NCBI GenBank assembly: GCA_951406725.2
Contig: OX597832.1
Span: 61,442,001 to 61,506,000, forward strand
Source: Octopus vulgaris
Lineage: Eukaryota
Direction: 5' to 3'
Length of the DNA: 64,000 bases
Below are positions 38,976 to 53,107 of the stretch, piece after piece. How positions within the stretch are numbered: position 1 is the stretch's first letter; each line of letters opens with the position of its first letter. Position numbers and translations under genes: made by a program. Below the pieces are notes generated by a model. That model made no database searches. It saw only the letters and a program-made list of their open reading frames with translations, and was not told where the DNA came from.

Positions 38976-39153
38976 ATATATATATATATATATGTATGTT
39001 TATATGTATGTATATATATGTACATACATTTACTTGTATATATATATATATGTATATATGTATGTATATATATGTACATACATTTACTTGTATATATATA
39101 TATATATATATATATACATACATATATATGTATGTATAAATATATATACTTAC

Positions 39154-39210
<57 letters not shown>

Positions 39211-39764
39211 CATACATATACATACCTATGTATACATATATTTATATATAGTCACATAAATATATATGTTTGTGTCTTTGTGCATGTATTTGTACCTCAC
39301 CCCCGCTTGACCGCCGGTATTGTGTTGTTTACGCTCTCGTAACTTAGCGTTGTGACATAAGAGACTGATAAATTTAGTACGAGGCTTAAAATAATAAGTG
39401 TTGGTGTTCATTCGTCTGACTGAAGCCCTTCAATACCGTAACCCATCTGGGCCGCAGTCCATTGGCTGAAACAAGCAAGAGATGAAATGAGAAGAAATTT
39501 TGGTTACATTTACATTGATACATGCATTAGCATCATTATAATGCTAATAAGTTTTAAACGAACAATATACAACGTATGTGTACGAAATATAGATCTGGTA
39601 GAAATAGTAGCCGTATATCCCTCAATGAAACCACTTTATGTATTTCCATAAATAGAATGATTCACAAATATAAAACTGTGGGTTCGATTCCTGAATGGTA
39701 TTTTGGAGTCTTACGCCATTTACTGAATTCCTTTTGCATTAGTACTCTTTTCCCCCTCCTTGTC

Positions 39765-39948
39765 TTTCTCCTCGTCCTCGTCCACCTCGTCATCGGCATA
39801 CTCCTCGGCCTCGTCCTCCCCCTCGTCCTCGTCCTCCCCCTCCCCCTCGTCCTCCTCCTCCTCCTCCTCCTACTTTTACTACTACTACTACTACTACCAC
39901 CGCTACTATTACTTCTACACTTGGTGGTGGTGGTGGTGGTGGTGGTGT

Positions 39949-40018
<70 letters not shown>

Positions 40019-40283
40019 GATGGTGATGATGAAAATAACGATGACGACGACGATAATGACATGAATGACACTGAGGATGATGTTGGTGGAGGCTGTGATG
40101 ATGATGATGACGATGTTGATGTTGATGATGACGATGGCGGTGGTGGTGGTAGCGGTGTTGGTGATGTCGATGAATATAATGATGACCATATCAATGACTT
40201 GGAGGGGGGACATGAGGGTGTTAGTATTACTAGTGTATAAGATGATGATGACGACGTCGATGATGATGATGATGATGAGGATA

Positions 40284-40348
<65 letters not shown>

Positions 40349-40410
40349 AGTGATGGTGATAACGAATAAAAGAAATCTAATGACCACCGCTATGATGATG
40401 ATGATTTTCA
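39765..40410. repeat. Compound trinucleotide mosaic (CCT)(CTA)(GGT)(CTA)(GAT)
   Basis: Read directly. Source of the 249-aa and poly-M pseudo-ORFs. Confidence 0.9.
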
Positions 40411-40768
40411 TGTAGCTCTATTTATTGATCCATACATATATGTCATTATATCATGCGATAAACCTCGGGTCCTTGCTCAAAGGATTTGGTGCCGGATGTG
40501 AAGGAATTGGTTTATATCGGGACAGAAATGTGATGCACCATTAGTGACAGCTAACCAATGTCTGCTGTCTTTTGCCGTTTTGCAGTTTTGGTTATCGCTG
40601 ACAAAATATATTTTTAGTTCTGAAGAGTTCTTGCCAGAGGAAGCAGCGTCCAGTCGAAAGCATCCTCTGTATGAGAAGTAATGAACCCAAACAGCTAAAT
40701 ACACACACACACACACGCACACACACACATACACACAAACAGAAATAGATACGCGTGTCCTATATATT

Positions 40769-40812
<44 letters not shown>

Positions 40813-41002
40813 GAGAGAGAGTTACAGAAAGAGATGTACATGGCTTCTTGTAACACTATTCTATATTTATATGTACATGTATGTACATATATACTACATA
40901 TGTACATACATGATATATATATATATACTTACATACACACATATATATATATATATATATATACATACATACATACATATATATATACATATATATATAT
41001 AT

Positions 41003-41092
<90 letters not shown>

Positions 41093-41811
41093 GAAGTCCT
41101 TTAGCATTTCAATGACATAAAACTATTTTTGTTTTTTTTTATAATACTATACTTTTGTTTTTGTCTGTCTTTAATACTGCCTTTCTGTTATTTTATTGCC
41201 AATAGGTTTGTTGAATATTGTTTTATACATTTTTTCGAAGGATAACCTTATTAAAAGATGAGAGACCATCCCTTGTCATGAAAGTGCCACAGTATATCGA
41301 TAATGTCCGTTAATTGTCCTGGCATACCTAGTTCAAAAGCTGGAGTGTTCCAGGAGACTGACGATGTGTGCTACTAAAATAGTAAACCAGTTATTCTGAA
41401 ACCCTGAGCCGTAGAACTGGACGGGAGAGTGTGAGCAGGGATAACGATTACAGTCTAGAGATTGATGAAGTCTCTTCTGAGAATGTTTGACGTGTGAAGA
41501 AGGAATAGAGATAGAGGGAGAATCGATGTGTGTATAAAAAGTTTAACTGAGCTCAATGAAGCGTGATTTCAGACAACCTATATATGTGTGTGTCTGTGAG
41601 GAATTTTTGGGATGTTGCAGAAACGGCAGTAAGATAATGAAGTTGATTATGTGATTCCTCTCGCGTTGGCATTCATTTATTAATTAATGTTGTGTTGTGT
41701 AATCGCCAAACACTTTCTTTAAAGCATATGTATACTGACTACTGGGAAATATTATTTGTAACGATGTACCTTAGCGAAATCCTCTGTGTGTGTGTATGTG
41801 TGTGCAAAAGC

Positions 41812-42105
41812 TTCGTAGCTGTGTGGTTAGGGTATTCGGCTCACGGTTGTAAAGTCGCGAGTTCGATCTCCGGCTGAACGAGACACTTTCTTTCGCGTCA
41901 CCCCTGCCCATCCAGCTGGCGGAAATGAGTTGTGCATATAGTTCAAAGAACTAGTCTTATCGCATTCTGTGTCACACTCGATCTCCCCGAGAAGTACGTT
42001 AAGAGTACACGTTTCTCTGGAATGCTCAGACACTTGCAGGTCAATTTGACGAACTGGCAGTTCCATTCCTCGGATCAACTGGAACCCACATCTTCGTAAC
42101 CGATG
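41812..42105 (+). mobile_element. tRNA-derived SINE (family 4-related)
   Basis: gtagctgtgtggttag...gcgagttcgatctccgg. The tail matches 19740-19900. Confidence 0.7.
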
Positions 42106-42618
42106 AACACAAGCAAATAAGTTCTGTACAGGAAAACTTTTTTTATATGCAGTGTAATGTTGCTGGACCAACTATAATATCGCTAGGAAGAAATTCAGAG
42201 AAGTGGTGCATACTTTAGACCAATGTTGTAGGAACAATGGTAGTTGTAAGTTGTATTGTAGAAGTCAAAATTTATTGTAGAGCAGTGACGTGATAATGTA
42301 AAGAGATGTAGAAAAAAAGCATTATGTGACGTGATAGGGAAAAGAATGAAAAGAATAGGAGAAGAACTTTCATGTCGGGATGTGTTGTGGAATTGCATTA
42401 TGAAATGTAGCGTAGTGTAGCCTTGCAATAAGGAACACGCGCAGTGAAGTGTATTTGATATAACAATGAGAGAAGTGCAATGTTTGCTGTGATTCTCATG
42501 TTCTCATGTTCCAAGTAAATATTACCGTTTATATGAAAAACTGAACATTTTACCAATGTTCCGCAGCTTTCTTATAAACTTGTTTTGACTGAAGTTAACC
42601 CTTCCATCTTATGTGATA

Positions 42619-42671
<53 letters not shown>

Positions 42672-42827
42672 ATAATAGTAGTAGTAGTGGTGGTGGTAGT
42701 AGTAGCAGCTGCTGCAGTTGCAACACTATCAGTAGCATCAGTAGCAGTAACATTTGTACTAATAGTAGTAGTAGTAGTAGTAGTAAATTGGATGAGGAGG
42801 AGAAGGAGGAGTAAGGGCGGTTTTATT

Positions 42828-43015
42828 TATTTAGCACCTCCGTCAAAATGTCTATTAGCATTTCGTCCGTCTTCATGTTCTGAGTTCAAATTCCTCCGAT
42901 GTCTACTTAACCTTTCGTCCCTTCGAGGTTAATAAAATTAGTATCAGTGGCGTAGTGGAGCCGATGTAATCGTCTTACCTCTACCCTCGAAGTTTTGGCC
43001 TTATGCAAAAATGTG
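42828..43015 (+). mobile_element. SINE family 2, diverged
   Basis: ttagcac...atttcgtccgtcttc..gttctgagttcaaattc. Confidence 0.7.
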
Positions 43016-43016
43016 A

Positions 43017-43065
<49 letters not shown>

Positions 43066-43114
43066 ATTATTATCATCATCATCATTATTATTATAAATAA
43101 TAACAATAATAATA

Positions 43115-43520
43115 CGCGCAAGAGTGGCTGTGTGGCACGTAGTTTGCTTACCAACCACATGGTTCCGGGTTCAGTCCTACTGCATGGCACCTTGTGCACG
43201 TGTCTTCTACTATAGCCTCGGGCCTACCAAAGCCTTGTGAGTGGATTTGCTAGGTGGAGACTGAAAGAAGCCCGTCGTATATATATATATGTATGTGTGT
43301 GTGTGTGTGTGTGTGTGTGCATGTGTGTGTGTGTGTCTGTGCTTGACAACCGATGGAGGTGAGTTTATGTCCATGTAACTCAGCGGTCGACAGAAAGTGA
43401 CCGATAGAATAACTGCTAGGCTTACAAAGAATTAGTCCTGGGGTCGATTTGCTCGACTAAATGTGTTGCTCCAGCATGGCCACAGTCAAATGACTGCAAC
43501 AACTAACAGAATAAAGTAAA
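43115..43520 (+). mobile_element. SINE family 1, full length
   Basis: Matches 30010-30420, with an internal TA/TG tract. Confidence 0.88.
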
Positions 43521-43544
43521 AGAGCAGCAGTAGTAGTAGAGGTT

Positions 43545-43604
<60 letters not shown>

Positions 43605-44033
43605 AAAGGAAGTGGAGGCGGAGGGAGGTTAGCAGCATCAGTTGCAGGCGATCTCAATAAGCCCTGAGATTTATCGCGTCTGCTCCTGTAAATTGTGACC
43701 TTTGAATGGCAGCGTTCTTTGATAGAGTGCAACATTCATTCGTGTAAACAGCATTAAATGGAAACGGGGGAAACCGGTGTTTGGGAGTAAGGACTGCAAA
43801 ACAGCTGCTTAGTGTCTGAGATGCATATGTTTGCCATCGTTAACATACACACACACACGCACATACATACACACGTACGCACGTACACAAGACAGAACAT
43901 ATGCATAACATACATACTAATATATATGTATGTATCTCTCTGTCGGTCTCTCTCTCACACTCTCTCCTACGTCTCTCTACTACTACTCTCATACATACAT
44001 ATGTATGCATGTATGTATGTATGTATATATATA

Positions 44034-44087
<54 letters not shown>

Positions 44088-44139
44088 CATACATGTATAT
44101 TTTATATGCATGCATACATATCTCTTTTACTCTTTTACT

Positions 44140-44530
44140 CTTTTACTTGTTTCAGTCATTTGACTGCGGCCATGCTGGAGCACCGCCTTTAGTCGAGCAA
44201 ATCGACCTCGGGACTTATTCTTTGTAAGCCCAGTACTTATTCTATCGGTCTCTTTTGCCGAACCGCTAAGTGACGGGGACGTAAACACACCAGCATCGGT
44301 TGTCAAGCAATGCTAGAGGGACAAACACAAACACACAAACATATACATACACATACATATACATACATATATACGACAGGCTTCTTTCAGTTTCCGTCTA
44401 CCAAATCCACTCACAAGGCATTGGTCGGCCCGAGGCTATAGCAGAAGACACTTGCCCAAGATGCCACGCAGTGGGACTGAACCCAGAACCATGTGGTTGG
44501 TAGGCAAGCTACTTACCATACAACCACTGA
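44140..44530 (-). mobile_element. SINE family 1, full length, young
   Basis: Near-identical reverse complement of 30010-30420. Confidence 0.9.
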
Positions 44531-44623
44531 ATGTTTGTATGCATGCATGTATGAATGGGTGTGTAGGTAGATAGCTAGCTAGATAGATAAATAAATAGCT
44601 AGCTAGCTAGCTAGCTAGCTAGC

Positions 44624-44700
<77 letters not shown>

Positions 44701-44925
44701 GGGTAGAGAATGTGAAGTGAGACGTACATGTTTTGGTAGTTGGTTTCTGCCAGGCTAGAAAGAGAAAAGAATAATAGAATGGTTGCTATAAGTAAGGTGA
44801 AAGAAACTTGAAAGAGAAACAAACATAAATCCCGGGTAAATTGATACGTAGCAGATTGGCACCAGATTACGAGAGACGTAAGTGTGAGTGAGACTTGAAG
44901 AGAGAGAGAGAGAGTGGGGGAGAGT

Positions 44926-45383
44926 AACTTTTAGAAATAGCAGCTAAGGAATTTAGCTATTTCCTCTACTATAAGAATAGTCTCCCAAATTTAAATTCAA
45001 TGAAATCTTTTGCTGATGACGGGAATGTAGGAATAGGGATGTATTTCTAGCATCTCTATATCTAACTAACCTAGAAACGCGTTCACAAGTAATCAAATTT
45101 CGAGTGTCTTTCGTTATTTTTCACTCTATGCCTACGTGAATTGTTTTTGAGTATACATTGTCTGGGAGACTCATCTTATAGTAGAGGAAATAGCTAAATT
45201 CCTTGGTTGCTATTTCTAAAAGTTCGGTACGCGGTAAAGCAAATTTTTTTGCTGAACCCTAATTATATAAAGGATTGTTTAAATTTACCGTAAATGGTCC
45301 TTTTACATACTGAACACTGCTTGGTAAAATTATTAATTACTAATTAATTAATTAATTTTACCCTTATTATTATTGACTATATA

Positions 45384-45385
<2 letters not shown>
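44926..45385 (+). mobile_element. PLE remnant: inverted 62-bp copy enclosing a hammerhead
   Basis: Inverted repeat 44926-44987/45163-45224 with a tail running into (TA)n. Confidence 0.7.
45007..45089 (+). ncRNA. Type I hammerhead with extended stem II
   Basis: cttttg-CTGATGA(45013)-...tagggatg/catctcta hairpin...-GAAAC(45074)-gc-GTT-cacaag. Stem III AACGCGTT is palindromic; the base of stem II is imperfect. Confidence 0.65.
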
Positions 45386-45433
<48 letters not shown>

Positions 45434-45474
45434 CGGTGTGGGTGTAAAAGCACTTGGTTGGATGTTTAACAGAC

Positions 45475-45848
45475 AAAATAGAGCAAAAAAAAAACTACAG
45501 AACACTTGTGTTATAGACTTAAAGAGTATATTTAAATCGTTATGTTAGAAAAATGTTATAAAATTTTGCGTATAGTAACATAATTTGTGGAGAAATAACC
45601 GGTTTTGAAATTTCTTTTCAAATTTCTCAAACTTCTTTACCGATAATGTGTCATCTCGCTATGGTGAGGAAATGAAACAATATCGGTAAAGAAATTTGAG
45701 AAATTTGAAAAGAAATTGCAAAACCGGTTATTTCTCCACGAACTATGTTACTATACGCAAAATTTTATTACATTTTTCTAACAAAACGATTTAAATATAC
45801 TCTTTAACTATATAACACAAGTGTTCTGTAGTTTTTTGGCTCTATTTT
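45475..45848. repeat. Fold-back inverted repeat, ~180-bp arms (probable PLE remnant)
   Basis: The arms are reverse complements around ~45660. They contain an aaaccggtt palindrome like a hammerhead stem III, but there is no intact core. Confidence 0.85.
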
Positions 45849-45851
45849 TTC

Positions 45852-45902
<51 letters not shown>

Positions 45903-45906
<4 letters not shown>

Positions 45907-46434
45907 GATAGATCGCTAACCACTAAACCCTTTTCTATTTTCTCTCCCTGTTTATTTCAGCGTTCCTTTCTGTCGAAGAGCGTAGGCTCGAAACGTAAAA
46001 TACTTTCTCACTTCCCGAGCGTTAAACTAATACATCTGTTTGTTGTTTATGCACCCGTCTTCGGCTTTTGTTTTTTGCGATTTCTCACTATATATATATA
46101 TATATATATATATACTCACGCACAAAGACAGGCAGACATAGATACATCCATACATATACATATATACAACCGCATGCACACACACTCTCAAACATACACA
46201 CACACACACATGTAGATACTCTTTTACACATTTTAGTCATTTGACTGCGGCCATGCTGGAGCACCATCTTTAATCGAAGAAATCGACCGCAGGATTTATT
46301 CTTTGTAATCCTAGTACTTATTCTATCGACCTGAATAAATCCTGCAAGAATAAATCCTGCGGTCGATTTCTTCGATTAAAGATGGTGCTCCAGCATGGCC
46401 GCAGTCAAATGACTAAAATGTGTAAAAGAGTATC

Positions 46435-46471
<37 letters not shown>

Positions 46472-46741
46472 ATGCGGTTGTATATATGTATATGTATGTA
46501 TGTATCTATGTCTGCCTGTCTTTGTGCGTGAGTATATATATATATATATATATCTAGTGAGAAATTGCAAAAAACAAAAGCCGAAGACGGGTGCATAAAC
46601 AACAAACATATGTATTAGTTTAACGCTCGGGAAGTGAGATAGTCTTTTACGTTTCGAGCCTACGCTCTTGGACAGAAAGGAACACAGAAATAAACAGGGA
46701 GAGAAAATAGAAAAGGGTTTAGTGGTTAGCGATCTATCATG

Positions 46742-46742
<1 letters not shown>
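45903..46742. repeat. ~840-bp fold-back: family A element plus microsatellite plus SINE tail, duplicated in inverted orientation
   Basis: 45903-46303 versus 46346-46742. The spacer contains a 13-bp stutter, gaataaatcctgc. Confidence 0.9.
45966..46000 (+). ncRNA. Family A variant hammerhead (A6>U)
   Basis: ttt-CTGTCGA-A-GAGC-gtag-GCTC-GAAAC-GTA-aaa. Confidence 0.55.
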
Positions 46743-46818
<76 letters not shown>

Positions 46819-46876
46819 CATACATATATATATGTATACACACACATATGTATATGTGTGTGTGTGTGTGCGATTG

Positions 46877-46911
<35 letters not shown>

Positions 46912-47614
46912 TTGTGTGTTTGTGTGTGTGTGCTTTTGTGTGTGTATATAGCGCATGTTTCTTGTGCATGTAGAAGAAAAGTAGATGTACGCATAATTTA
47001 TTTTGACATGTCAGTTGAAAGAGCAATTTAAATGAAGGTAGCACTTTAAGTTGCAAGACGACCGTACGTTGTAATCTCAATATATTCTGTAGCAACGGTC
47101 ACCAGTTCCCAATTGACACATAACAATTAAACCTACCTTTATAATTCACCGATGTCTATGGTTTATAATTCACTGCTGCCTGCGTGGAATGGAACTTCAG
47201 GAAATCATGAAATATTTCACTAGTTTACGGTTAAGTATTTCACTGCCAGCTTCTCTGGATTAAATAAAGAATTATCCCTTATAGTAAATACTATTAAACT
47301 GTTGAAATTCTTAGTGTTCAGGATTATCATTAAAGCGACCGTGTTATAATATTCTTTGTTTACTGAACTTTAGAATTTCTCTTCCGCCATCTTGGATTGT
47401 TGTTATGAACACGAGAATAAATTGAATCGTAAAAACAAAATTGAGTTGTCTGTGTTGTGAAGAAGCTTGCTTTGCCACCACGGATTTTCAGGTTCATTCC
47501 CATCGTATGGCACCTGTGGAAAGGGTCTTCTGCGATTTCCCATCGTTGGCCAATGCCATGTAAGTGAATCTAGTAGACTGAAGCTGTTTGGAAACCCGTC
47601 ATATATATATATAT

Positions 47615-47942
47615 ATGGTTGTCTACTCTTTATGCAGAGTCTGACGACCTCCTCCTGTACCTACACCTTAGAACCATCATGGCATCTGATGTAGCTTTTC
47701 AAATCAGACACAATGTTTTGACAAGACACCCATATAGATTGCATATCCAATTTGGCCCACCAAGAGCTGCAGGTAAGTTCTGATCTTTGTGGATCTTAAA
47801 ATGGTTTTGAGGCCTCCGTTAGATTTGCAAACCTTCTGGCATACATTGCATTCAAAGGTGTGCACAGACATATAGGCACAATAGTTGGTGGAGGTTCGTT
47901 TTCCTTGGGTTCGCAAATGAGATTTGGGCCCAACAAAAGAAA

Positions 47943-47945
<3 letters not shown>
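47615..47945 (-). mobile_element. RTE-like LINE 3' end with C2H2-type finger remnant
   Basis: Minus strand FECNVCQKVCKSNGGLK..L, a second degenerate finger, then a short UTR running into (TA)n. Confidence 0.5.
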
Positions 47946-47994
<49 letters not shown>

Positions 47995-48214
47995 TAATCC
48001 GAGGGCGAAAGCCGGAGTCGATCTTTAAAGAAAATAAGTAATGAATCGATGTGTTCTCCAAAAGTCCTTCAAGACGATGCCCCTGACCGGCTTCGCATTC
48101 CGGAAAAAATACACCAAGAAAAAAAAAAAAAAAAGAAATATATATATATATATAACCATGACGGCCTTGCTTGTCAATCAGACATCGTGAGTACCTCACT
48201 TTAATTTTCAGACC

Positions 48215-48605
48215 ACAGACATGGCTGCGTGGATAAGAAATTCGCTTTAAAAGTACATGGAGCTGGGTTCCGTCCCATTGTACAGTACATTGAGAAGTGT
48301 CTTCTACTATAACCCTAGGCCGACCGATGTCTTTTGAAGAAATTTGGCAGAAGGAAACTCTCGTATATTCATTTATATATTTGTGTCTATGTGTTTGTGT
48401 TTGTTACCCACCCCCCACACAAAGCTAGATAACAATCTTTGGTTCCTTTACGTCGTCATAACATAGCGGTTTAGCAAAGGAGACTGATAAAATAAGTAGC
48501 AGAAGATTTTTAAAAATAAGTACTGGGATCGTTCGACTTAATCCTTCAAGGCGCTACCCCAACATGTCCTCTGTCCAATGACCTAAACAAGTAAAAGATG
48601 AAAGA
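48215..48605 (+). mobile_element. SINE family 1, old diverged copy
   Basis: atggctgcgtggataagaa...aagtgtcttctactataaccctaggccgacc...aaacaagtaaaaga. Confidence 0.7.
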
Positions 48606-49295
48606 TAAAAAGTGTGGTTTAATGAAGATTCGGCTGCTCTTTTTAGCAGGTGGATACATTATGAAGAGAAAGCCCTTCGATAAAATAATAAAAAGAAAAA
48701 GGATATAAATTTTAAGCGGTAAATATTCTTTGTCCAGTCAGAGTATAACATGCCGCTGACTGGTACTTCCAATAGATTTCACAGATAAGAGCGAGGTGGA
48801 TATCGGTGAAGGCAACAAAGAGAAGATCGTACTAATGGTTTATCTGAGTTATTGTTAATTTCGAGGCGTCAGAAAAAGGTGAACACCATTATCAGAAATT
48901 AAGTGTAGAATATGATGCTTTCAATAGAGTATGTTAGCTAGTTGGTTATTTCTCATTAACGGGTAACAAGCAAAACCGAAAGATATTTACCATGTAAACA
49001 ACAGCTCTAATTGAAGGCAAGTGTTCTCTTAGTTGCCAGTTAATAATAGGTTTCCTGGAAATTGTAATTGCAGAACAGTAATTGCAGAGAGGTTGAACGA
49101 GAAAATTAATGTGTAAGACGTAGAATTTGCCATTACTTATAGAAATTCTGCTTTGTATTAACTCGGAAGTGACTAGCTCTCGTACCCTGACCAAATCAAT
49201 AAATGTCACAGATACACAAGCTGATGCGTTCAAAGGTTCGCATCTCGTTATCGCCATCACATTTTTTCTTCCCGCACTGATTATTATTATTATTA

Positions 49296-49360
<65 letters not shown>

Positions 49361-49517
49361 GCTGTTGTTGTTGGTGGTGGTGGTGGTTTTGGTGGTGATT
49401 AGCGTTTGATCCAGCAAGCATCTGATCAAAGCCGTTTACAAAAACCATCATCACCATCTTTTCGGTTGACTATTGCGATGTATCTAAGAATTTTGATTCA
49501 CGTCATTCTTCCATTGT

Positions 49518-49948
49518 GAAGGCAGCGAGCTGGCAGAAAAGTTAGCACGTCGGGCGAAATGCTGCGCGGTATTTCGTCTGCCGCTACGTTCTGAGTTCAA
49601 ATTCCGCCGAGGTCGACTTTGCCTTTCATCCTTTCGGGGTCGATAAATTAAATACCAGTTGCATACTGGGTTGATCTAATCGGCTGGCCCCTACTCCCAA
49701 AAATGTCCGGCCTTGTGCCTAGAGTAGAAAATAATATTAAGGCAGCGAGCTGGGAGAAACGCTAGCACACCGGGTGAAATGCTTAGCAGTATTTCGTCTG
49801 TCTTTACGTTCTGATATCAAATTCCGTCGAGTTTCGGGGTCATCATTTCGGGGTCAATAAATTAAGTACCAGCTGCGTACTGGGTTGATCTAATCGACTG
49901 GCCCCTACTCCCAAAACTGTCCGGCCTTGTGCCTAGAGTAGAAAAGAT
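49518..49948 (+). mobile_element. Two head-to-tail SINE family 2 copies
   Basis: aaggcagcgagctgg... starts at ~49519 and ~49739. Both copies end ccttgtgcctagagtagaaaa. Confidence 0.9.
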
Positions 49949-50554
49949 TATTCTTCTACTGTGGTAAAATTTGATAAAGATCCCTCAGCTGTTGTTGTTG
50001 CTGCTGCTGTTGTTTTTCCTCTAGAGTCCCAAGACATACACACTGCTCAATGATTCTTTCTTTTAGTGTGAGTTGATAGGAATTTCGTTACTATTTCTAG
50101 TATTTCGTGTTACTACCTTCATGTTCATTGACTGACTTGTTGTAGAAGTCGTTGTTGGTGATTCGCTGCTGATAATGCAGTTATTTTATGTTAATGTTGT
50201 TATTTTTGTTCTTTGAGTCAATATTAGTCCGGGATCAGAAATATCAATGATCGATCACAAGAGTTCCACCCACGACATTCACCTGTTACTTCGGTCAGAG
50301 CGCAGGTGTGTGTATATGTAGGAGTATTCAGAGACTCATTATCTCCTTAAACCCGTTGAGAGAGTTAGGGTGATTTCATTGTTATTCAAAAATCGTTCTT
50401 GTTGTTCTGCCTGTTCTTGTTGTTTAACCCCAGGTCAGCCTTGATTGAGCAGATCTGCAATGAAAGGTGTTATATCCACTATCTATATTTATGAGTTCTC
50501 GCGTTCCCTTTCATTCTAAATATAGCTGTATGCGATTTCAGGAAAATGTGGTTG

Positions 50555-50623
50555 CTATACAACATCGGTTGTCAAGCGATGGTGGAGGGACAAGCACAGA
50601 CACACACATGCATGCATATATAT

Positions 50624-50704
<81 letters not shown>

Positions 50705-50865
50705 TACGACTGGCTTCTTTTAGATTCTGTCTACTAAATCCAATTTCAAGGCCTTGGATGGCGTGAGGCTAGGGTAGAATGCACATGCCGTAGCTGTCAC
50801 GCAATATGACTGAACCCGGAACCATGTGGTTGGGAAGCAAGCTTCTTACCACACAGCCACGCCTG
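50555..50865 (-). mobile_element. SINE family 1, lacking 3' tail, with expanded internal TA
   Basis: Head at 50705-50865 and mid-part at 50555-50610. Confidence 0.8.
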
Positions 50866-51667
50866 TATATAATATAATGTAATATAATACATTAAAATAT
50901 AATGTAATAATATTATATATATGTATATTGATATATTGACAGATTGATAGATACAGGGAGAGAGAGCGGGAGAGAGAAAGTAGGTGTTTATGTTGTTCCA
51001 TAGATAAGCTTTCAACCCGCCTTATCTATGAAACAACTACGAAGATATAAACCAAAATCTTTAACATAGTAATATAGTAATAAATATCTATAAATTTACG
51101 CATGGAAATAGACTCGACAATAAAAATAAGACGTTCTGTTCCCACGAAGGTCGCTAATATCGTTAATTAGTGAAGAAATTAATTATTACTTTGGGAATTG
51201 TTTATTTAGATGCACAGACAAGATCAAATTAGAAGTTTTACAAAACATTTAATAATAACGTCATTATATTTCTGAGGTTATAGCAACAGAGATGTTATTG
51301 GTTGATTGGTTGTAACAGGCAAATAATATCAAACTAATACAGACATCGAAATGACCGTCTTGATGCACAAAAAAAAAAAAAGAAAATCAATCGGTATACT
51401 GCGGATAGAAATAGACGAAGACAGACAAACAGACAGATCGATTGCTTGGTCAGTTAGTAGATAGATAGATAGATACTGGGATAGATACGGAGACAAACAG
51501 ACAGATATAGTCACACAAGCACATACATATACACGCAAACACACGCAAAAATATATACACACATACATATTCAAGAGGCGTAGATTATCGACATAGTCAT
51601 ATAAAAAAATATATATACACACACACACATATATATATGCATATATATATATGCATATATATATAGA

Positions 51668-51769
<102 letters not shown>

Positions 51770-52122
51770 TGCACATAAATACATGCAAAGATAGATGAAA
51801 CAGAAAAAAACAGGGACGGGTCAACCGAAGCTTTCTATTCTAAATATATGTGTGTGTGTGTGTAAATATATATGTACGTATGTATACTTAATTTATATTT
51901 TGCGGCATACAACCAATTGTCTTTGGCCCCAAGCTTCCATAAATCACATGTTTCCACAAACCACAGGTTTCTGAAGATCATAGTCCGTAGCATTAATGCT
52001 ATTTCTCCCACAAAATGAATGCATGAACATGATCTACCCGATCTTAATGGATCCTATGGATTGCACAGTTGTCATTGCAGGAAACATATATATACATATA
52101 TATATGTATGTATGTATGTATG

Positions 52123-52226
<104 letters not shown>

Positions 52227-53098
52227 CAAGTGTGCAGCAAATAATGAACATCGTGGACGCGTATCAGCGAGCTCCCTGCGAGGAAAGATTAGATCTGAGA
52301 TTACCGTCAAGGAGGAATTAAGAAACCTCAATACAAGAAATGAAAGAGAGTTGTGTTTTAATGTAAGTCATTTTAGGAAACTGAAAAATTTCGTTCATAT
52401 ATGAAGTATAGTTTCTCCGCGTTGAAGATAGTGAAACGAAAGAACCGAATGTAGAAAGAAACAAAATTATCTGGCTATCAAGGGAAGGATCTTCGTGGTT
52501 GATTTTGACAGATATTTGCAGAAAACAGTTATAATGAAACATGGTTGTAGATGCAGAAAGGAAGGCTAAAATAGAAACAGAAATTTGTTAGTAGCAGCAT
52601 ATGATCAAGCATCGAGAACTAACTGGATGAAAGCCAAAACAGACAAAATTTAGGTAGATTTCTAATATAGGTTAGGTAACTCAAAGAATGAAAATGTTAT
52701 GTAGTCAATGAAAGTAGTATGCTGGCATAGAAAGAATCTAACCTGCTGTGCGTGCAAGAATTAACAACAGCACCACCAACAACAACGACAACAACAACAA
52801 CAACAACAACAACAATAATAATAACAGAAATAATTAAAGACAGGAAAGTAAATTAATGTAGACTAATAGATGTAAATGTTACCACTGATAAAAATATAAC
52901 TGTAAAGAAATTTATCAAGTTAAGTAAATATAAGTACATGGAAATTGAAATACAAAAGATGTGGTATCTCAAAGCGGGAACTGCTCCTGTTATTGTAGAT
53001 GCCCTTGGTATGATAGAAAAGTGATGTCAAAATCAGTTATGTAACATCCCAGGAGAACCATGTCTCCGAGAAATCCAAAAGATTGTGCTGACTAGTTT
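52227..53098 (+). pseudogene. Two R4/Dong-like ORF fragments separated by a CAA/TAA tract
   Basis: LVAAYDQASRTNWMKAK (52585-52640) and CRLIDVNVTTDKNITVKKFIKLSKYK.MEIEIQKMW.LK...PVIVDALG...EIQKIVL (52857-53095). Confidence 0.75.
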
Positions 53099-53107
53099 AA
53101 TAATAAT

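Noticed and set aside
40618-40672. CTGAAGAG...GAAAGC as a hammerhead; nearby tttggttatc as miR-9
   Set aside because: The only strong hairpin (cagagga/tcctctg) conflicts with hammerhead topology. The miR-9 match is only 10 nt with no precursor.
48946-49402. Overlapping 117-aa and 91-aa ORFs in unique-looking sequence
   Set aside because: No recognisable motif or splice structure, and both are partly microsatellite.
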